A stretch of DNA of 37,706 nt from a virus (taxonomy: Duplodnaviria; Heunggongvirae; Uroviricota; Caudoviricetes). Numbering within the stretch: position 1 is the stretch's first letter; each line of letters begins with the position of its first letter. The translations under genes and the position numbers were made by a program. The notes under the pieces were generated by a model. It saw nothing but the letters and a program-made list of their open reading frames with translations. It did no database searches and was not told the DNA's origin. The stretch spans positions 66,117-103,822 of the IMG/VR virus record IMGVR_UViG_3300034170_000024, one strand, 5' to 3'. This document shows, piece by piece, positions 15,770-25,171 of the stretch.

Positions 15770-16056
15770 TTCTGGTTACCCTCCTCTACTCCCTCCTGAT
15801 ATCCTTCACTCCAACCTTCGTCGTATGCAGCACGTACAGCTTTGATATTGTGTTGAATAACTTTGTCCATGTCTTCTTGGGTGTAGAACTTTGGACACTC
15901 TACGTATTCCAGAACTATATTGTATGAAGTGCTGTGTGGATAAGGATCATCTTCGGATTTGGTTTCCCATTCGCTATCATCACCACTTCGACCACCTAGT
16001 GAACCATAAAGGTCTGGTTCATCATCTCGCATTGAATATGGTACGTGCATTATCAT
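15754..16056 (-). CDS. acidic hypothetical protein
   Basis: ORF track. Confidence 0.65.
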   Translation of the reverse strand: MIMHVPYSMRDDEPDLYGSLGGRSGDDSEWETKSEDDPYPHSTSYNIVLEYVECPKFYTQEDMDKVIQHNIKAVRAAYDEGWSEGYQEGVEEGNQNCQHR

Positions 16057-16220
16057 TCCTCGTCATTATAGATGCGTACTTTATTATCCCCACCACCATA
16101 TGTGAATCCTGTTATTGGATACCAGTCAAGTGCTTCTGGACAAAAGATATCAACTGTTTGATCTTCACCTGACAGTGCAGCAATAGCTTCAAGTTGGATA
16201 ATCAGTTTGCGAATGTTCAT
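16053..16220 (-). CDS. hypothetical protein (55 aa)
   Basis: Manually translated MNIRKLIIQLEAIA...; AGGAG RBS. Confidence 0.7.
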   Translation of the reverse strand: MNIRKLIIQLEAIAALSGEDQTVDIFCPEALDWYPITGFTYGGGDNKVRIYNDEE

Positions 16221-16223
16221 TAT

Positions 16224-16397
16224 TTACTCCTGTTCGTCTTGATAAATGGCTTCCCACCAATAGTCATATTGAGGGAACTCATTTGCGAGTGCATCACACT
16301 CACGGTTTACTTCTTCAAGCGAAGTGAAGTCATTGCAGTAAACGATTTCACCTGCTTCATTTTCATAGTACAGTTCGTAGATCGTTTGCTTATCCAT
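16224..16397 (-). CDS. acidic hypothetical protein (57 aa)
   Basis: Manually translated MDKQTIYELYYENE...; GAGG RBS. Confidence 0.7.
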   Translation of the reverse strand: MDKQTIYELYYENEAGEIVYCNDFTSLEEVNRECDALANEFPQYDYWWEAIYQDEQE

Positions 16398-16618
16398 TAT
16401 GGTCCCTCAGTTGGATGTGTGTTAGAAAAGCATGGGTCGAAATGACCGTATCCCCAATATCCTACGATTGTATCACATGCTTGGCATTCAAGGTAGTATT
16501 CTGAGATGTGTCCACCGTCAATTGCTACAACGAATTTGTCAAACGTGTTATGTTTACAGTTATGACAAATCTTTGGACTGCTGTCTGGGTTGTAGTGTTG
16601 ATGGTCGAAGTAATCCAT
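16397..16618 (-). CDS. small Zn-ribbon protein
   Basis: CHNC...CQAC. Confidence 0.7.
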   Translation of the reverse strand: MDYFDHQHYNPDSSPKICHNCKHNTFDKFVVAIDGGHISEYYLECQACDTIVGYWGYGHFDPCFSNTHPTEGP

Positions 16619-16890
16619 TAGTATCTCCTGTATGTACGCATAGGTGGTGGTGGGGGAATCTTACCCATTATCTTAGCACTTGCAGTGTCGCGTTTATGAT
16701 CGATATTGTCGCTACAATGACTTACTGATCCTGAACATGATCCGCAGGAGTATTTGAAGAAGTTCCAACAAGACCATTTGTAACCATTCTCACGTCGGAA
16801 CTCTTGTTTGCAGAAGTCACACTTATACCATTTGAACATTGAGTAATGAGTGGTGACTTCGTTTGAGTTTTGTACAGGACGTTTAGCCAA
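16618..16890 (-). CDS. small Zn-binding protein
   Basis: CDFC...CGSC. Confidence 0.7.
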   Translation of the reverse strand: MAKRPVQNSNEVTTHYSMFKWYKCDFCKQEFRRENGYKWSCWNFFKYSCGSCSGSVSHCSDNIDHKRDTASAKIMGKIPPPPPMRTYRRY

Positions 16891-17104
16891 TGTACTTTAC
16901 CAGTTTGTCACCCGGTGTATTTTTGATGATGTCAAGTTGATTACGCTCTTCTCTTTCAACATCAGCAATATAAATCTCACATCTTTCAACAGTGCTATAT
17001 GAAGTGATCCAATTCCAACCGAAGAACCACCATGTACGCTCATAGATACGGAACATGTATTCATCTGGATCAGTGTAGTGTTGTACAATTTTATATCGTT
17101 TCAT
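16883..17104 (-). CDS. hypothetical protein
   Basis: ORF track. Confidence 0.7.
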   Translation of the reverse strand: MKRYKIVQHYTDPDEYMFRIYERTWWFFGWNWITSYSTVERCEIYIADVEREERNQLDIIKNTPGDKLVKYIG

Positions 17105-17580
17105 TTTGGAATACCTTCATAGATTTCGTTAAAGTGACCACGTATAACCATTCTACGTAGTGCTGAATATAGATAATCGTTCTCTGCTTGCTTGTTACCA
17201 TTCATTGGTTTATCGAACCATGCTGTGTTTGCAGGAAAGCCAAAGGTTTTGATTATACGCTTACCTGTTGTCTCAAGCAAACCCCATCCTTGGGGAAGTT
17301 CTTCAACTGTGATAAGACCTTTTGGTGTAAGCATGAACCGCCAATCACCCATACCTAACGATTGTTCTTTACGGAATCGTTTTTTGCGATCAGCAAGGAA
17401 GTCTGCACGAGATGTTTTGCATTCGATTAGACAACTTACACCAGATCGAAAGCCTAGTGCGTCTGGTTGTTCACCTGTGTTAGTTGCAGCACGGAACTTG
17501 TCATGGAAGACAATACCAAAACCATTGTTCTTAAGGAACTTCTCTGCAAGTAGGCAAAGTGAGTCATGTGTGATTATCAT
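17101..17580 (-). CDS. PD-(D/E)XK nuclease-fold protein (MmcB-like)
   Basis: EQPDALG...LIECKTSRADF..D..K...GMGDWRF..TP.GLI..EELP.GWGL; start at MIITH. Confidence 0.7.
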   Translation of the reverse strand: MIITHDSLCLLAEKFLKNNGFGIVFHDKFRAATNTGEQPDALGFRSGVSCLIECKTSRADFLADRKKRFRKEQSLGMGDWRFMLTPKGLITVEELPQGWGLLETTGKRIIKTFGFPANTAWFDKPMNGNKQAENDYLYSALRRMVIRGHFNEIYEGIPK

Positions 17581-17867
17581 TTGTTCAGTCCCGGTCTGAA
17601 TCGGCTCATAATAAACCACTTTGCTTTAGGATCAACTACTTCCGAGAAAACTGCGTCAAACTGAAGACCAGCAATTCGGTTAATGTTATCGTCATTTGGA
17701 AATGAATAGTACAACCACTTTCTGTCATCTACCACAATTTTCATTTCCGCTGGGTTGACAGTTACACTTCCATAATTACGTGCCAATGTTTGATAATTCT
17801 GAGAGTGTAAACGAAAAGCTTCAATCATATCTCGACTGTTTGAGTAAAACATTCCAATGAGCTTCAT
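17577..17867 (-). CDS. hypothetical protein
   Basis: ORF track; ATGA coupling at both ends. Confidence 0.7.
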   Translation of the reverse strand: MKLIGMFYSNSRDMIEAFRLHSQNYQTLARNYGSVTVNPAEMKIVVDDRKWLYYSFPNDDNINRIAGLQFDAVFSEVVDPKAKWFIMSRFRPGLNK

Positions 17868-18145
17868 GGGCAACACCTTTCACTTCCACCACAGAAATTA
17901 CTCTCATGACTCATCTCACTCAGTTCACAATCAGGTTCGTAAGACTTACCACATGAACGACAATTCATCATTACACTACCTCTTGCAATGTCATCCATGT
18001 ACGCGATGTGTTCTTTCTGACTGGACACTGTTTTTCGAAGATCGAATACCATACCAACAAGGTTATTCACCAGAGTGTCACGGTCTACGGCTGTTAGTTT
18101 TGATCCTTCTAGGAAGGTTTCAACAAATTGTTCTCGTTTCATCAT
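17864..18145 (-). CDS. hypothetical protein with C-terminal Zn motif
   Basis: CRSC...FCGG..RCCP. Confidence 0.7.
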   Translation of the reverse strand: MMKREQFVETFLEGSKLTAVDRDTLVNNLVGMVFDLRKTVSSQKEHIAYMDDIARGSVMMNCRSCGKSYEPDCELSEMSHESNFCGGSERCCP

Positions 18146-18609
18146 GCTCCTATCAATAGTTTACTGTGTTGTAGTTTCTGAAGGTCAACACGTTGTGGTC
18201 CACACACATATTCAGACCACCAACTGTAACCATCTTGATGTGAATCGACTATATGTCGTAGTTCTTTGAACTCTTTACCCCATGGACCAGTGATTAGAAG
18301 TGTGCGACACCCGTTACTCTTGGTAATCCTATGATATTCGTTTGCTGGAATGTATAAGAATCGCTTACGACTGCGTTTCAACTGGTGAACAGCACTTCCA
18401 TACTTGATTACTTCTTCGGTGTAGTCACCTGACAACAGAATACTTACAGCGTTAAACGCATGCGTGTGGAAACGATCCTGTTTCCCATCAGTTGGATGAA
18501 AGTGGAACAGTTTGATACTAAAGAATCGTTTCCATTCAAGGATTGTAAGTTCTGTGACATTTTGATCACCTAGATTGATACTCTTACACTTCCAAAATGT
18601 CACGTTCAC
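18142..18609 (-). CDS. cupin-fold protein
   Basis: FHTHAFNAVSILLSGDYTE...YHRI...TLLITGP cupin motifs. Confidence 0.7.
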   Translation of the reverse strand: MNVTFWKCKSINLGDQNVTELTILEWKRFFSIKLFHFHPTDGKQDRFHTHAFNAVSILLSGDYTEEVIKYGSAVHQLKRSRKRFLYIPANEYHRITKSNGCRTLLITGPWGKEFKELRHIVDSHQDGYSWWSEYVCGPQRVDLQKLQHSKLLIGA

Positions 18610-18802
18610 GCCTCCTAGTCATTCTAATTGTTATACCTGTACTTTCAGGACCACATATTTCAGCAAATCGATGACGTATACTCTTTACCTCATAGTGATC
18701 AGTGTTATATGTCACCAAATCACCGATACGTGGTAGTGGGTAGTTCTTATGTGAAATGCTAAAAACATGTTTATCTTCGCATTTAAATGAGATGTAGTAC
18801 AT
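18584..18802 (-). CDS. hypothetical protein
   Basis: ORF track 18584..18907; likely start MYYISF after GAGG. Confidence 0.55.
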   Translation of the reverse strand: MYYISFKCEDKHVFSISHKNYPLPRIGDLVTYNTDHYEVKSIRHRFAEICGPESTGITIRMTRRRERDILEV

Positions 18803-18965
18803 GTTCATCCTCAATTTGTGTACCCCAGACAACCATTGCTTCGTCCAGAGTGTAGTAATATTGATTGGCGTGTTTCTGATATGTGAGATTCTTACGAATC
18901 TCTTCATTCATTGGTGCATCCCGCCAACATGGTGGTTGATTCGGATAGCACTCATCACATTTCAC
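18783..18965 (-). CDS. hypothetical protein
   Basis: ORF track; ATGA coupling. Confidence 0.6.
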   Translation of the reverse strand: MKCDECYPNQPPCWRDAPMNEEIRKNLTYQKHANQYYYTLDEAMVVWGTQIEDEHVLHLI

Positions 18966-19192
18966 CGACGGTCTTCCTTATACTGTTCAACAAGACCAAG
19001 GATCACTCTGTATGTTTGAATTGTAAAGTAACCCGCAATAATCAAAAGAATAGTCACAATACTAAAACCTGTGAATTCAATAGGATACTTAATCATCAAA
19101 TACAAGACAATCCAGATTACAGCAAACACACAAATGAGAGCTATGGTTGTAATTACATGTGTGTTTGCAAAGAATTCTTTCAGTTTACCCAC
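18962..19192 (-). CDS. two-TM membrane protein
   Basis: Two hydrophobic segments. Confidence 0.75.
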   Translation of the reverse strand: MGKLKEFFANTHVITTIALICVFAVIWIVLYLMIKYPIEFTGFSIVTILLIIAGYFTIQTYRVILGLVEQYKEDRR

Positions 19193-19704
19193 GGTTTGTT
19201 CTCCAATAGTTTGTGTAGTTCTTCAAGTGTATATTCGTCCAAGTCTAGCTCAGACTGAAACCCTTGTCCAGCGATTTTAATCATTCCCTTACCGGCTTTA
19301 TCGTTATCACCGATACCAATTAGGTTATAAGGTAACGTATGTAGCCAACTTTTCATTGGTTTAGGGTTTGATGTTAGCAGAGCTAGAGCATTATGTCCAA
19401 GCATATGTAACGCGCTCGCTTTGAAGACCCCTTCAACAAGGTAAAGGTCTTTCTTAGTCGTGTCAAGCGTTTCCAATCCCCAACAGGCCGAAACACCACG
19501 TTGACTGTATGTGAAGTAACGTGCTTCTTTTGCATTGTTCACCCTCTTTTCTTTAACAAGCGGTCGATACTGCTGAAAACCTACGAACTGACCACACAAG
19601 TTACTCAGATATACGGTAAGTATGCAGTTTTCAGTGTCCAGCACTTGATTGACGTATCGACTTGGATCATAGTTACGTGTCAGCAAGTGCTTAAACAGAT
19701 TCAC
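19180..19704 (-). CDS. stand-alone Toprim / primase-core-like protein
   Basis: G.FVGFQ.Y....WGLE...LYLVEGVFKA...IGDNDKAG Toprim motifs. Confidence 0.7.
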   Translation of the reverse strand: MNLFKHLLTRNYDPSRYVNQVLDTENCILTVYLSNLCGQFVGFQQYRPLVKEKRVNNAKEARYFTYSQRGVSACWGLETLDTTKKDLYLVEGVFKASALHMLGHNALALLTSNPKPMKSWLHTLPYNLIGIGDNDKAGKGMIKIAGQGFQSELDLDEYTLEELHKLLENKPWVN

Positions 19705-19892
19705 GTGACATCACTCCCATCTAGATTACGAATTTGCGTGTAACTACCTGCATATGAAAGTGCATATTTGCGCTGTACTCGCTCCAACCAAATACGAGTT
19801 TCCTTACATTCACCAGTTTTAACCCAGATTGGATACCAAGCAAACCAATCATGCCACTCATATTTATCCACCCACTGGTTTTTCTTTCTCAT
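19701..19892 (-). CDS. hypothetical protein
   Basis: ORF track; WHDWFAWYPI motif. Confidence 0.7.
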   Translation of the reverse strand: MRKKNQWVDKYEWHDWFAWYPIWVKTGECKETRIWLERVQRKYALSYAGSYTQIRNLDGSDVT

Positions 19893-20272
19893 TTTCCATT
19901 CCTTATTCCGAAGTGCTTAAATAGGATATCGTTCATTTCAGCAAATAGTTTCGGGCTACTCACGGGCATTTTTGCCATACCTGTACCGATACCATTCTGA
20001 GGGAATACGATTGTACGCCTTTTACCAAGGGTATACAACTCCCGCAGAGCACTTAAAACATGTTCACGTTCACAATCTTTATCTGTGAAGAATGAACCGG
20101 GTGCCATTGATGGATATCGTTTTGTTGGAATGCCGAATGCGTTAGGTTCATTTCGGATACAAGCTTGCCCGGCAGTGCCATATCCAGCGAGGTTATCGCC
20201 AAACACAAACACGAAGCCGGGGAATTCTTGACACTTCCGAACTGTTAAGTCGTTAGTGTATTCAATGTTCAT
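19889..20272 (-). CDS. conserved phage protein (FVFGDN...NAFGIPTK family)
   Basis: Recognisable phage family motif; function not assignable by eye. Confidence 0.7.
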   Translation of the reverse strand: MNIEYTNDLTVRKCQEFPGFVFVFGDNLAGYGTAGQACIRNEPNAFGIPTKRYPSMAPGSFFTDKDCEREHVLSALRELYTLGKRRTIVFPQNGIGTGMAKMPVSSPKLFAEMNDILFKHFGIRNGK

Positions 20273-20427
20273 TCTGGTTCAACTGCTCCTCTTTTACGAG
20301 CCTCATGGAACACTTCAAAGTTCATCAATGCCAGTTGCTCATTTGTCAACTTCTCAATATCACGAATTGTACGCTTGAAGTTATTGAACACGTTACGATC
20401 CTGACCTTCCGGTTGTACTAGTTTCAT
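20269..20427 (-). CDS. hypothetical protein (52 aa)
   Basis: Manually translated MKLVQPEGQDR...; ATGA coupling at both ends. Confidence 0.65.
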   Translation of the reverse strand: MKLVQPEGQDRNVFNNFKRTIRDIEKLTNEQLALMNFEVFHEARKRGAVEPE

Positions 20428-20606
20428 CGTTGACCATCGCTCCCTGTAAAGTGTAATTGCCAGCCAATCATTTCGTTACCGTTGAACATCTTTCGAATAG
20501 TCAACTCTTCTGGTTCAACAAACCGACAGTAATCCAATGCTGCACTTAAGTTTTTGAACGTATAACTTTTCACTGTTGGGTTTTGTACTTCACCCTCTAA
20601 AATCAT
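20424..20606 (-). CDS. hypothetical protein
   Basis: ORF track. Confidence 0.65.
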   Translation of the reverse strand: MILEGEVQNPTVKSYTFKNLSAALDYCRFVEPEELTIRKMFNGNEMIGWQLHFTGSDGQR

Positions 20607-21337
20607 TTCATACTCCTGAATAGTTTGTCATCAATCTCTACCAAATTGATTTTGTCATTAAAGAAGCTACCACCATCAATGAACAACATATTACCAAGAC
20701 GTTCAATGTTACCACTGTCTGTCGGTGTATGTCCAACAATTACGAAGTCAACACCTTTAACTTGCCCATTGAATTGAGAATCATACCAGCGTCTTGACCA
20801 TTGTGCAACTGCTTGTGCGTGATCACGTTCAGATTCTACAATGTCAACCCATTTGTCCCAATCATTATATGGTACTTCGGCATGTACCATGCCAACTTTT
20901 CGACCGTGTGGCAATAGCAATTCAATACCGAGTGGCATTGCACTAAATGATTCGTGGATTAGGATTTTGTCAAGGTCTGTCAAACCACTATTCCAAATCC
21001 AGTCACCACCATGTGCTTTCAATGTCAGCACACTTCGATTATTTGGGTGCCAGTGTGATTCAAAACCATCAATGTACATCTTTTCGTGGTTACCTTGTAA
21101 GCTATGAGCCCAAGGTTCATTTACATAGTCGAGAACATAACGACTGTCAGGACCACGATCTGTCCAATCACCGATTACAAATAGCATGTCTGTTTTTGAG
21201 TTGAATCCAGCTTCACGAAGTGCCTCATGCAATAAGTCATAGTGACCGTGCAAATCACTTACTGCAAAGATTCGACCTTTGAAATTCCGCAAATCATATT
21301 GTGCTACGTGATTGCACGATCCTATTAACTTACGCAT
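20603..21337 (-). CDS. Ser/Thr protein phosphatase (calcineurin-like metallophosphoesterase, lambda NinI type)
   Basis: DLHG, GDWTDRG, GNHE, GHT motifs. Confidence 0.9.
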   Translation of the reverse strand: MRKLIGSCNHVAQYDLRNFKGRIFAVSDLHGHYDLLHEALREAGFNSKTDMLFVIGDWTDRGPDSRYVLDYVNEPWAHSLQGNHEKMYIDGFESHWHPNNRSVLTLKAHGGDWIWNSGLTDLDKILIHESFSAMPLGIELLLPHGRKVGMVHAEVPYNDWDKWVDIVESERDHAQAVAQWSRRWYDSQFNGQVKGVDFVIVGHTPTDSGNIERLGNMLFIDGGSFFNDKINLVEIDDKLFRSMK

Positions 21338-21860
21338 ATTGATTAATTATCTCCATAATCTGTTCTGGTGTATGGTTCTTATCAACTCCATTTTCAAATC
21401 GCATCTTATATCCTTTAGGCCACATACCTGTGCAGTCAATGTGTAACTGAGCCGCTGCAATCAGACCTGCAAGGTCTGCCCCTGTCTACCCACCACTTAC
21501 TACATGGTCAAGCTTCCAGTGTTCGTGCACTTGCTTGAGGACTGTATACACCATATGATTAACACCTTGTTGGGTGAACCCATGTTTTGCATATGTGTAA
21601 ATCCCGTTACCTGCTACGTTTACAACTTTACAATCCGTCTCTTTCAAGAGTGCGAATAACTCACGTGCAGCGGGCAACCAACCGGTTGCAAAATTTCGGG
21701 CGTCCAGATGGACGATTCCGTTTTTCTGTGCGGCCTTAGTTGTTAGCTTCTCACCTGCGGTTGAAAAATCCACCGCGATAGCAAGTGTAACACCTTGAGC
21801 AGCATTATGCCAAGTACGTGGTGCATAAGATGAGCTTGAGTGTTCAAGAATGTTAATCAT
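21330..21860 (-). pseudogene. circularly permuted SLOG (YpsA/MoCo-carrier-like) gene interrupted by an in-frame TAG
   Basis: VVSGG-TAG(21486-21488)-TGADLAGLIAA..GMWPKG continues in frame to TAA at 21330; family motif is SGGQTGAD. Confidence 0.7.
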
Positions 21861-23103
21861 ATGGAATGAATGTCCCTTCTACCAAATAACCTTCACGAAT
21901 ATACTGACCTACAGGGAATTGAGGTAACAGAGTTCCTTTGTACCGAGTCTGAAACTTAACATTCAGGAACTTACCTTTCAGCGTTCCTTTCTGCAACAGG
22001 AATACTTTACGCTCACCCATGTCACCCATAACACACTGGAACTTGTTGTCGTTGATATCATTCTTCAGAACGAATACAGCGTTACCTTCTTTATCCTCAA
22101 TGATATCGAGAATTAGAAACTCAGCATCCATGAATGTCTTGAACTTCTGCAAGTCACCACTACGTTTACCACTTTCGTAAACACCTTTCTTGTTGCGAAG
22201 CATGTAACCTTCGAAGCCCCAACTGATCGACCGAGGATGATGAACTGATCGAAGGTTATCATCACCATTCACAATATCATAATCAGTGATTTCAATAAAT
22301 TGACCAAGCTTGTGTCCACGATAAGCGTGAACCTCATCCATTGCACGCAAGCGAGTTTCGAAATCACCTTCCATCGGAATGTCAAAGATGTAGAACATCA
22401 ATTGTGGACGAATACGATGGATCAACTCAGCGTTGTGAAGTTCTTCTTCAAGTGTTGGGTTCTGTACGCTGTCTTTACTTGGACGACGATACTGATTACC
22501 ATGTTTAGCAATGTCACGATTAACCTTATCAATTTCTTTCTGAGTGTCAGTACGCTTAGTTGCAGAAGTGATATCCTGCAACACTTGACCATGCAAGTAA
22601 ATCTCACCGTCAAAGATTTCACCTTCAATCATCCAGTCAACGAGTGCATCTTCCAGATGTTTAACGCTGTAAGGTTGACCAGTACGAGAAACAAGAGTTA
22701 CCGCACCGTCTTTCTTAGTTGCGATACAACGGACACCATCGTACTTCACAGAACCGTAACATGGGAACTTAATACGGTGCCCGACTTTGTTATAGTCAGA
22801 TGCAAGCATCGGAAGCAGTGGAACACTTGTCAGTTCCTCTTTTGTCTCACGATAGTTCTTATCCAGTTGCTTCTTGATTCGACCTTCTACCTGAGAAACA
22901 GCTTGTTCGTAAGGTGTACGACCTTGCTTGCCTGTAAATACCCACTCGTTTTTGGTTGTGAGTTTGCCACCTTCCTTACCGTGATGAATAGCAATCAACG
23001 GTTGCGAGTACTGATGATCGATGTGATCAGCCATGTAAACATGGATAGACCATACCTTAAAATCACCATTCTTTTCCAGACCGAACAGATTCTTCTCAAA
23101 CAT
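21853..23103 (-). CDS. lig: ATP-dependent DNA ligase
   Basis: KYDG motif I, DGE, FDI, EGYMLR, KFK, OB-fold with FPV. Confidence 0.95.
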   Translation of the reverse strand: MFEKNLFGLEKNGDFKVWSIHVYMADHIDHQYSQPLIAIHHGKEGGKLTTKNEWVFTGKQGRTPYEQAVSQVEGRIKKQLDKNYRETKEELTSVPLLPMLASDYNKVGHRIKFPCYGSVKYDGVRCIATKKDGAVTLVSRTGQPYSVKHLEDALVDWMIEGEIFDGEIYLHGQVLQDITSATKRTDTQKEIDKVNRDIAKHGNQYRRPSKDSVQNPTLEEELHNAELIHRIRPQLMFYIFDIPMEGDFETRLRAMDEVHAYRGHKLGQFIEITDYDIVNGDDNLRSVHHPRSISWGFEGYMLRNKKGVYESGKRSGDLQKFKTFMDAEFLILDIIEDKEGNAVFVLKNDINDNKFQCVMGDMGERKVFLLQKGTLKGKFLNVKFQTRYKGTLLPQFPVGQYIREGYLVEGTFIPYD

Positions 23104-23347
23104 TCTCGATTTTCTCCATGGTTACACTGTAGCCCAACATTGTAGAGTCATTGTAAACAAACTTCAAGCGATAATCTTGTGGATTGGCAAATGGGTTCTG
23201 CAAAATCCACTGAGCAACGTAACACTCTTGGTTATCATACAGGAATTTCATCGCCTGTGCACGTAGAGCTTCACGCTGATCTGGTTCGTTTTCAAGTTTG
23301 GATGTAACTTCAAACATCTCTTTTACATTATCTCGACTAATGATCAT
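23096..23347 (-). CDS. hypothetical protein
   Basis: ORF track. Confidence 0.7.
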   Translation of the reverse strand: MIISRDNVKEMFEVTSKLENEPDQREALRAQAMKFLYDNQECYVAQWILQNPFANPQDYRLKFVYNDSTMLGYSVTMEKIENV

Positions 23348-23532
23348 TCAACAACCTCACTGCTTACAAGTTCATCACCAACTAGTTTTTCGATTACGGA
23401 TCGTGCATCTGCAATCGTATTGCGAATAGTAATGTTTGCCCACCGTTGTGAGTGGGTCATCTTGTCAATTGAGAAATCAATACGACCGTTTTTGTATGTG
23501 TTCTTTACAATTCGATATTCACCATTACTCAT
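23344..23532 (-). CDS. hypothetical protein
   Basis: ORF track; ATGA coupling. Confidence 0.7.
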   Translation of the reverse strand: MSNGEYRIVKNTYKNGRIDFSIDKMTHSQRWANITIRNTIADARSVIEKLVGDELVSSEVVE

Positions 23533-23729
23533 ACAATCACCTTATATTCAAATGCACTACCTGAATACAAAGAGTGAGAGTGACCATATTCAATTTCAGA
23601 AACTGGAATCTCACGAATGTAACAGCTATTTGTTTTACCGTAGAACTGTTCAACGTGGATCAACTCACCACGCTTGTTATAGATTGATACTGATGCATCA
23701 CCGAACAACTTTTCGACAATAATTCTCAT
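23529..23729 (-). CDS. hypothetical protein
   Basis: ORF track; ATGA coupling. Confidence 0.7.
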   Translation of the reverse strand: MRIIVEKLFGDASVSIYNKRGELIHVEQFYGKTNSCYIREIPVSEIEYGHSHSLYSGSAFEYKVIV

Positions 23730-24142
23730 TCGTCATCCTCATATTTCAATACGTGAATTTGTTTTCGTTTGAGGAATTCCAATCCATCTGTCAATCGGTA
23801 TTCCTCATCATAAGTAACCATTCGTACACCAGCCTGATAAAGTTGCAATGCACATGGAAGACACGGGCTGAGTGTAACATAGATGTCAGCATCTTTCAAA
23901 GATATACCTTCACGTGCTGCTTTCGCAACAATGTTTGATTCAGCGTGCAATACTTCAGGATGTGTGAGTTCAGGGTTTAATTCGCAACAGTTGTTGTCAC
24001 CAGCAGGACGACCATTCCAAGAGTATATCACAACATCTTGAGGAGTTACAGCAATTGCTCCAACTTTACGTCTTTCAGCGTGAGATAACCGAGCGAAAGC
24101 CCGTGCAGTTTCCATGTACGGGCGTATCATTTTCGCTTTCAT
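23726..24142 (-). CDS. cd: dCMP deaminase
   Basis: HAE and PCLPC zinc motifs, RRKVGA, NG. Confidence 0.9.
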   Translation of the reverse strand: MKAKMIRPYMETARAFARLSHAERRKVGAIAVTPQDVVIYSWNGRPAGDNNCCELNPELTHPEVLHAESNIVAKAAREGISLKDADIYVTLSPCLPCALQLYQAGVRMVTYDEEYRLTDGLEFLKRKQIHVLKYEDDE

Positions 24143-24144
24143 TA

Positions 24145-24600
24145 TTAGAAACCGTAGTGACGACGATCACGTTTAGTCATGAACTTGACATTGTGATCAT
24201 GAACAATAAATCCTTTCTTACGTGAGTAGTTTGCTTTGATTGTTTCAACAATTTTGCAAGTACCTGCGAACAGAGAAATGATTTCATCAACATTATCTTG
24301 ATCTGCAATGAAGTCGATGAACTCTTTATGTGGTGTAAACGAAACCAGTTTTGCGAAGTTAGCTTCTGCCAGTTCGTTGTGCATACGGATTGCTCGGTTT
24401 ACACCAACACGAGCTTTACCGATTCGAAGGAACTTTGGTTGGAAGAAACCACTCAATCGCTCACCACCAATAACTCGCTTGTAGATTGGTTCATAGCCGA
24501 TAGCTGCCATGAAATCTACAAGTGATGCTTCTTGAATTGCAGTTGTGTCTACAGGAATGAAGTCTGCTGTTGCTGTGATGTTGCTCATATCAAAACTCAT
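24145..24600 (-). CDS. hypothetical protein
   Basis: ORF track; AGGAG RBS. Confidence 0.8.
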   Translation of the reverse strand: MSFDMSNITATADFIPVDTTAIQEASLVDFMAAIGYEPIYKRVIGGERLSGFFQPKFLRIGKARVGVNRAIRMHNELAEANFAKLVSFTPHKEFIDFIADQDNVDEIISLFAGTCKIVETIKANYSRKKGFIVHDHNVKFMTKRDRRHYGF

Positions 24601-24610
24601 TGTGTTCTCC

Positions 24611-24922
24611 TTAGTCTAGTTCGTAACCGGATGTGGTTGTTCTAACCATTTTAATCCGTTTTGCTGGGAAGTCTTTGTTCATAAACCTTTGTGGTTCAGA
24701 CCAAAGTTGATAACCTTGATTTCTTGCTTCAACGATAACGTCATTTATTTTGTTCTGACGTTTTTCTCTGCCATCATAATCACAATGACTGCAACTTTCA
24801 CGCATTGTGCAAAGGCACATCATTATTTTTGAAGCTTCACGCCACTTGATTTGAAGTGGATGATCTTTTTCATATTTGTTCATCGCTTCTGTTGCCCTCT
24901 TCGTGTAGCTGTACCAGTGCAA
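24611..24922 (-). CDS. hypothetical protein (CxC..CxxC)
   Basis: ORF track; probable start MNKYEK. Confidence 0.65.
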   Translation of the reverse strand: MHWYSYTKRATEAMNKYEKDHPLQIKWREASKIMMCLCTMRESCSHCDYDGREKRQNKINDVIVEARNQGYQLWSEPQRFMNKDFPAKRIKMVRTTTSGYELD

Positions 24923-25169
24923 CTAAGACCACCAGATTCCAACTTAGATTTTGTTTTAATAACCTTTGTTGGGATTACTGTGTATTTACCTTTACCATAA
25001 TCGGTATCGATATGTTTTTGAGCGAGCATTCTATCAGATGTTTTCAAGAATAGATAGTCACCGCTTGCAGTTCTGATGTAAAAGCTTCCCGGTGGAATGA
25101 AGTCCCAAGCACTGAATACTTCAAACTTGACAATTTCTGTGATCATCGGTTTAACTTTAGTTTCAGACA
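24880..25169 (-). CDS. hypothetical protein
   Basis: ORF track 24880..25197; likely start MSETKV after AAGGA. Confidence 0.7.
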
Positions 25170-25171
25170 TG

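Noticed and set aside
21486-21488. Genome-wide TAG recoding (genetic code 15)
   Set aside because: TAG ends other genes normally (2465..2698, 25861..26058, 32552..32740) and no CUA-anticodon tRNA is in the window.
15420-23915. Other CACGTG cores (about 15427, 19703, 21662, 23910) as further parS sites
   Set aside because: Flanks do not match GTT(T/C)...(A/G)AAC and they lie inside coding sequence.
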